Of a stretch of DNA of 64,000 nt, positions 57,859-64,000 are shown piece by piece. The stretch is from Octopus vulgaris (lineage: Eukaryota), in NCBI GenBank assembly GCA_951406725.2, contig OX597815.1:63240001-63304000 (forward strand), in the 5' to 3' direction. Every line of letters begins with the position of its first letter. Within the stretch, counting starts at the first letter, position 1. The notes beneath the pieces are model-generated. The model had not been told where the DNA came from. It did not search any database and saw nothing but the letters and a program-made list of their open reading frames with translations. Made by a program: the position numbers and the translations under genes.

Positions 57859-58110
57859 TGGATACACGTGGCTTAGGGGTTAGGGTGTTGGACTCATGAT
57901 GGTAAGATTGTGGTTTCGATTCTTGGACCGGACAACGCATTGTGTCCTCGAGCAAAATATTTCATTTCATGTTGCTCCCGTCTACTCAGCTGGCAAAAGT
58001 GAGTAATTCTACGACGGACTGGCGTCCCATCCAGGTGGGGAATATATGCGGCATGGAGCCGGGAAACCGGCCTTTATGAGTCGGTATGATTCGGGAAGGT
58101 TAACCTTACC
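57859..58110 (+). mobile_element. tRNA-derived SINE
   Basis: tggcttaggggttagg A box, gtttcgattc B box, tgtgtcctcgagcaa...ctcagctggcaaaa, gacggactggcgtcccatccagg. Confidence 0.7.
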
Positions 58111-58199
58111 TTTTTCTGTTATATCTTGGGTAACTTTCAAAATGTATTGTTAGTCGCCTCTTCCCATTTCTATTTCCTACATGCAAAATACCTTCTCCC

Positions 58200-58450
58200 T
58201 AGAAAATTCTTCTGGACATAATGATCTGTGTTTCATTGTAATTATTGGTAGAATTAAATATGATTCTTGTGCAGTTATAACTCTTCATATATATGTTTTT
58301 TGTAGAATAGTCACTTGAGAAATTTTCTGTGATCAGGAAGAGAAACTGTTTCTCATTATTATTATTATTATTATATTTCTTATACAAATCTTGTATGGAG
58401 GATTATACCATATAACAATTATTTTATTCATTTTGCTACAGGAATCGGTT
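58200..58450 (-). pseudogene. Highly degenerate PLE fragment
   Basis: IVIWYNPPY...KQFLFLITENF...KSYNCT resembles the PLE IIWFNPP...FL.LI.KHF...VSYSC segment. Confidence 0.5.
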
Positions 58451-58950
58451 ACAAGATGGTCTTTATATGGCTTTTTATATGGTGAGAAACATAGGGAGCG
58501 AGATTTAGACTGGCATATATTTATATCATTGCCTGAGTATATCATTCTAGCACGGTTTCTGTGTATGTGTCTATCTATTTATCAATTCGTCTATTGGTAT
58601 AGCTAGATAGAAACGAAATAAAAGTTGCAATGGTTTTGGTAAACAAATAGAAGGCTAAGAAGATGAGTAACCAAAGTTACAGACAGAAAAAAGAAAAGTA
58701 AGATTAATGGGTGGAGAGGTTAGTAGATATAAATATATAGAGAAAGAGACAGATAAATAGACAACTTTATAGATAGATAAATACGTTGGTTGACAGATAG
58801 ATAGACATACATACAGACAGACAAACAGACTGGTAGGCAAGTAGGTAGGTAGGTAGGTAGACAGATACGTAGATAAATAGATATATAGGTAGACAGAAAA
58901 ACAGACAGACCGATAGACAGACAGACAGATAGAAAAACAGACAGAAAAAC

Positions 58951-59017
<67 letters not shown>

Positions 59018-59475
59018 AAATTGACGGATGGATAGATACATACACTGATACATAGGCTGTTCGTGAAAGACAGAGAGAGAATGAGAGACTTTGAGATGGA
59101 AACAGAATATGTGGGGAATGGCTGAAAAACCGTACAGAGAAGAATGTGAGAGACAGCGAGAAATAATGACAGGTGAACAGAGTGGGAGAGAGAGAGAGAG
59201 AGAGAAAGAGATAAACAGATAACGAGAGATGAAGGTAAGTGAAAGAGAGGAGGAAGTCCATACATACAGATACATGTACACACATACACTCATAAACACA
59301 CGCGTACACATATACACATATATATGTTGTTCGAATAGACATACGCATCCGTGCTATTGTTAGGCTTGTATGTTTTAGAAGCATGATTGCAGCCAAGAGT
59401 CTTGCAAAGCGGATTCGTTATAAACGAAGTAAACGACACATAGCACACACACGCAGGCGTATATACATGTAAATA

Positions 59476-59531
<56 letters not shown>

Positions 59532-59649
59532 TATGAGTGTGTGTGCGTGTAGCTTAAAACATATGACTTGAAAACATACCCCACCACACTGACGTGCTCA
59601 TAATCCATACATTATATTATACGCATACACTTTTATACGTGCAAATTTC

Positions 59650-59744
59650 ATGTATATATATATACTTATACATATATATATACATATATACGTATATATA
59701 TTTATGTATATATATATATACATATATATATATACATATATACG

Positions 59745-59778
<34 letters not shown>

Positions 59779-59781
59779 TAC

Positions 59782-59820
<39 letters not shown>

Positions 59821-59962
59821 TACGTATATATATTTATGTATATATATATACATATACATATATACGTATATATATGTATGTATATATATATACATATACA
59901 TATATACGTATATATATTTATGTATATATATATATACATATACATATATACGTATATATATT

Positions 59963-60041
<79 letters not shown>

Positions 60042-60823
60042 ATGTATATATATATATTTATGTATATATACATATATATATTTATGTATATATACATATA
60101 TATTTATGTATATATATACATATATATATATTTATGTATATAATTATATATATATATTTATGTATATAATTATATATATATATTTATGTATATAATTATA
60201 TATATATATATTTATGTATATATATATATATTTATGATATATATATATATATTTATGTATATATATATATATTTATGTATATATATATATATTTATGTAT
60301 ATATATATATTTATGTATATATATATATATTTATGTATATATATATATTTATGTATATATATATATATATTTATGTATATATATATATATTTATGTATAT
60401 ATATATATTTATGTATATATATATATATATATTTATGTATATATATATATTTATGTATATATATATATATATATTTATGTATATATATATATTTATGTAT
60501 ATATATATATATATATATTTATGTATATATATATATTTATGTATATATATATATTTATGTATATATATATATTTATATATATATATATTTATGTATATAT
60601 ATATTTATGTATATATATATTTATGTATATATATATATATTTATGCATATATATATATATTTATGTATATATATATATACATATTTATGTATATATATAT
60701 ATATATTTATGTATATATATATATCTTTATGTATATATATATATATTTATGTATATATATATATTTATGTATATATATATATATTTATGTATATATATAT
60801 ATTTATGTATATATATATTTATG

Positions 60824-60857
<34 letters not shown>
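59650..60857. repeat. TA-derived satellite with recurring TTTATG(TA)n units
   Basis: Direct inspection. Confidence 0.9.
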
Positions 60858-60972
60858 AACTCGAAAAATTACGTGATTACTTACACGTAAATTAACACCC
60901 GTTGAAAAAATAACACGTATATTCTTTCTCTCTCACTCTCTTTCTGTCGGTTTCTCTCTCTCTCTCTCTCTA

Positions 60973-61010
<38 letters not shown>

Positions 61011-61346
61011 CATATGTATGTTCGTGAATGTGTCTACACACGTTTCTGAGCACATTACGAGACACATATACCTCAAACAGCATATGCTGACACGTACGTA
61101 TATACACATGCACACATTCATGTACGCACATTAACACTCATATATATGTAAGCAGATACTGAAATACGTATGCTAACACCACCACCACACACCCCATACA
61201 CACACATGTATATGTGCCAACATATATGTATGGTATACGAAGATATGTGTGCGTGTCTAAATACATATAAACTGTATATGTGTATAAATATGTTTGCATA
61301 TAATATATACATACATATATATACATATATAAACATATATACATAC

Positions 61347-61400
<54 letters not shown>

Positions 61401-61937
61401 ACATAAATATATATATATATATGTGTGTACATAAATATATATATATATACATAGAGAGAGAGAGAGAGATAGGTAGATACATACATAAATAGATAGATAG
61501 ATTCATATATATATATGTACCATGTACATATGTATCTATACACACACATACATATACAAACACACACGCATACATTCATACATACATAAATATGCATATA
61601 TGTATATATTTGAACATATACATTATATATATATACGCACGCACACACACACACACACGCACAAACATACGCCGAAGAATGTTAGGCAGACATACTGCTC
61701 TACACACCTCCACATATATATATCACGTACTGCGTCACTTCGCTCAAAAATGGCTTCCAAACTATCGAGTTGCGAAAAGGGAAGAAAAAAATGGAGATAA
61801 AGCAACACAAACAAAAAAATATATGAAAACAATATAACCAATAAAAATAACACTAAAATATAAAAAAAGGTTATGTTATTGTTTCTTGTTTTTTGTTTAT
61901 TGTTTATTATTCATTTTCACGTTATATATATATTATC

Positions 61938-61985
<48 letters not shown>

Positions 61986-62055
61986 CATACATACGTAAAT
62001 ATGTATATGCGAAAATAAATATATATATATTTACATTTACTCATACATACATGTA

Positions 62056-62087
<32 letters not shown>

Positions 62088-62111
62088 TGTGTGTGTGTGT
62101 GTTTGTGTATC

Positions 62112-62145
<34 letters not shown>

Positions 62146-62574
62146 CGTGTGTGTATTTGTGTATCTGTGTTTGTGTGTGTATGCATATATATCTGCATAC
62201 ACACACACCTATATGTGTGTGTGTGCGTGTGTATCGAAGGAAAACGCAGTTAGAAATATATTGTATAAAAAGAAAAGAAGGGCAAAAGAATGAATGAATG
62301 AACGCTGAAAGAAAGGAATGAAGAAGGAAGTAACGCAGATATGTAGGTAAATGAAGGAATTTATACAGAAATATAATACAAGACAGAAATTTATGAGTAA
62401 AGAATAAAAGACGGAACAAATGAATGATAGAAAAATCATTGAATGAAGATATCTGGAAAGAAATTTTAAAGAGAAGAAAATACAGAAAATGTCGGAAGAA
62501 TATAAGAAGGAAAGAATGAGTCACGTAAAATTTAGCGAACACAGTGTGAAGAAGGAATAATGACAAAAAGAAAC

Positions 62575-62615
<41 letters not shown>

Positions 62616-64000
62616 TGCGTGCATACACATACAGACACTTATGAATGTGTGTTTGTGCGTGTTTGTATGAATGTATTGTTTGAAGAAAAATGTAAAAATA
62701 GAATGAATGAAATATTGAAAGACATTTGTAATGAATGCGAATGAAACGGATGAGAATGAAACAAATGCGAATGAATAACAAAATGTAGTGAATGGGTGAA
62801 GGATAACCTGGGAAGGAAATCAAGCTGAGAAAATAAATTAGATTGAAAAAGAAAGAATATACGGAATAAGGAAAGAGATTAGGAAAGAATAAGGGAAAGA
62901 GAAGGGTAGTAAAAAGAATGGTAGTTCAGAAATAATAAAAGGAAACAAAGCCGAAAATAATGACTGAAGCTGAAGAACAGAAAGAAAGAATAATATGGAA
63001 AAAATGAAAGAGAGGAGGAAAAAGAAAGAGTATTTTAAAGAGAATAAACGTATGTATGAATGACATTGAATGAAAAGAGAAACAAACAGCTGAAAAAAGT
63101 AAATCCTGAATGAAGGGGAATGAAAAAGGGAAATGAATGTGTGGCCATATTAGCTATCAAGGGTTGAAAGAATGAAAAGAGAAATAGACAGGACACAGAC
63201 TTAGAAAGAGAAAGAGAATGGAAGAAGAAAAACAGAATGAATGAAATTATGAAAGAGAAAATATAAGAGCAAGAGAAGAAAGAATTCACGTCAGACTGAA
63301 AAGAAGGAAATCAAGACAGACTGCGATAATGAAAGAGTCGAAAAGGAAGGAACAAGAGTGATAGGAAGGAGTCAAAGATGGAAAATGAAGAAGAGGAAGG
63401 AGAAAAAAGAAAGTAAGAAACAAAGAAATAAAAAGGAAGTAAGGAAGGAAAGTAAGGGATTTATGAAAATGAATGATTGAGGAAGAAGTCTATACTTGAG
63501 CGAATAAATTCTATGAGAAAGAAAGAACGATTGAAATAAATGAGAAACAACGAAGGAGAGAGATGAAAGAGATGAGCAGAAAGAGTGAAAGAATAAGAAT
63601 AAATGAAGGAAACAACAAAGAAAAGAGAGAGAAAAAAGAGAAGACGTGGAATAGGAGACAAAATGGCGAAGTGGTGTGAGAATTAGGCGGGAAATACAGA
63701 CGGTAGTTAGAGAATTAATTTGAAGAAGAAAAAAAGCGATAAAGAATTTAGCTTGAGAATTGAAAAAAAATACAGATAGAAATAAAATAAAATGGTAAAT
63801 ATAAAAGAAAATCTTAAAAACAAGGAAAGAAAAAATGTTGGAAAACGGAAGCTGGCTTCAAAATTGGTAGACGGAGCTAATTTTATCGTGTCGATCGTTT
63901 TAGATGTTCCAATGTGATACGTTATCTCATCTCTCTTCAGCACCATAACAGCACACCATCGTGTCGCATAAATTATATATGCAGAAAGTGCAAGTATACA

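Noticed and set aside
62260-63850. Long purine-rich strand-asymmetric tract
   Set aside because: Degenerate low-complexity GA-rich sequence without periodicity or coding signal

Overview
AT-rich eukaryotic, repeat-dominated DNA with no recognisable host protein-coding gene. The SINE families and extreme (TA)n/(CA)n/(TACA)n content point to an octopus (cephalopod) genome, by inference. Nearly all ORFs in the track are microsatellite translations. Real coding content is transposon-derived: a young Neptune-type Penelope-like element (PLE; RT + GIY-YIG) with a 1.13-kb inverted arm, several PLE fragments, a near-intact CR1/L2-group LINE with an unusual Myb-like + CCCH ORF1, a second truncated LINE, a Tc1 DD34E element, mariner relics, two non-autonomous Helitrons and many tRNA-derived SINEs, mostly nested in (TA)n. 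The main non-obvious signal is a dense set of type I hammerhead ribozyme (HHR) motifs. These include a non-coding 533-bp head-to-tail array with one canonical HHR per monomer (35886-37037) and a diverged, circularly permuted relative (7551-8445), together suggesting a retrozyme-like, possibly circRNA-producing family mobilised by PLE machinery. All alignments and folds were done by eye, so boundaries of old repeats are approximate.
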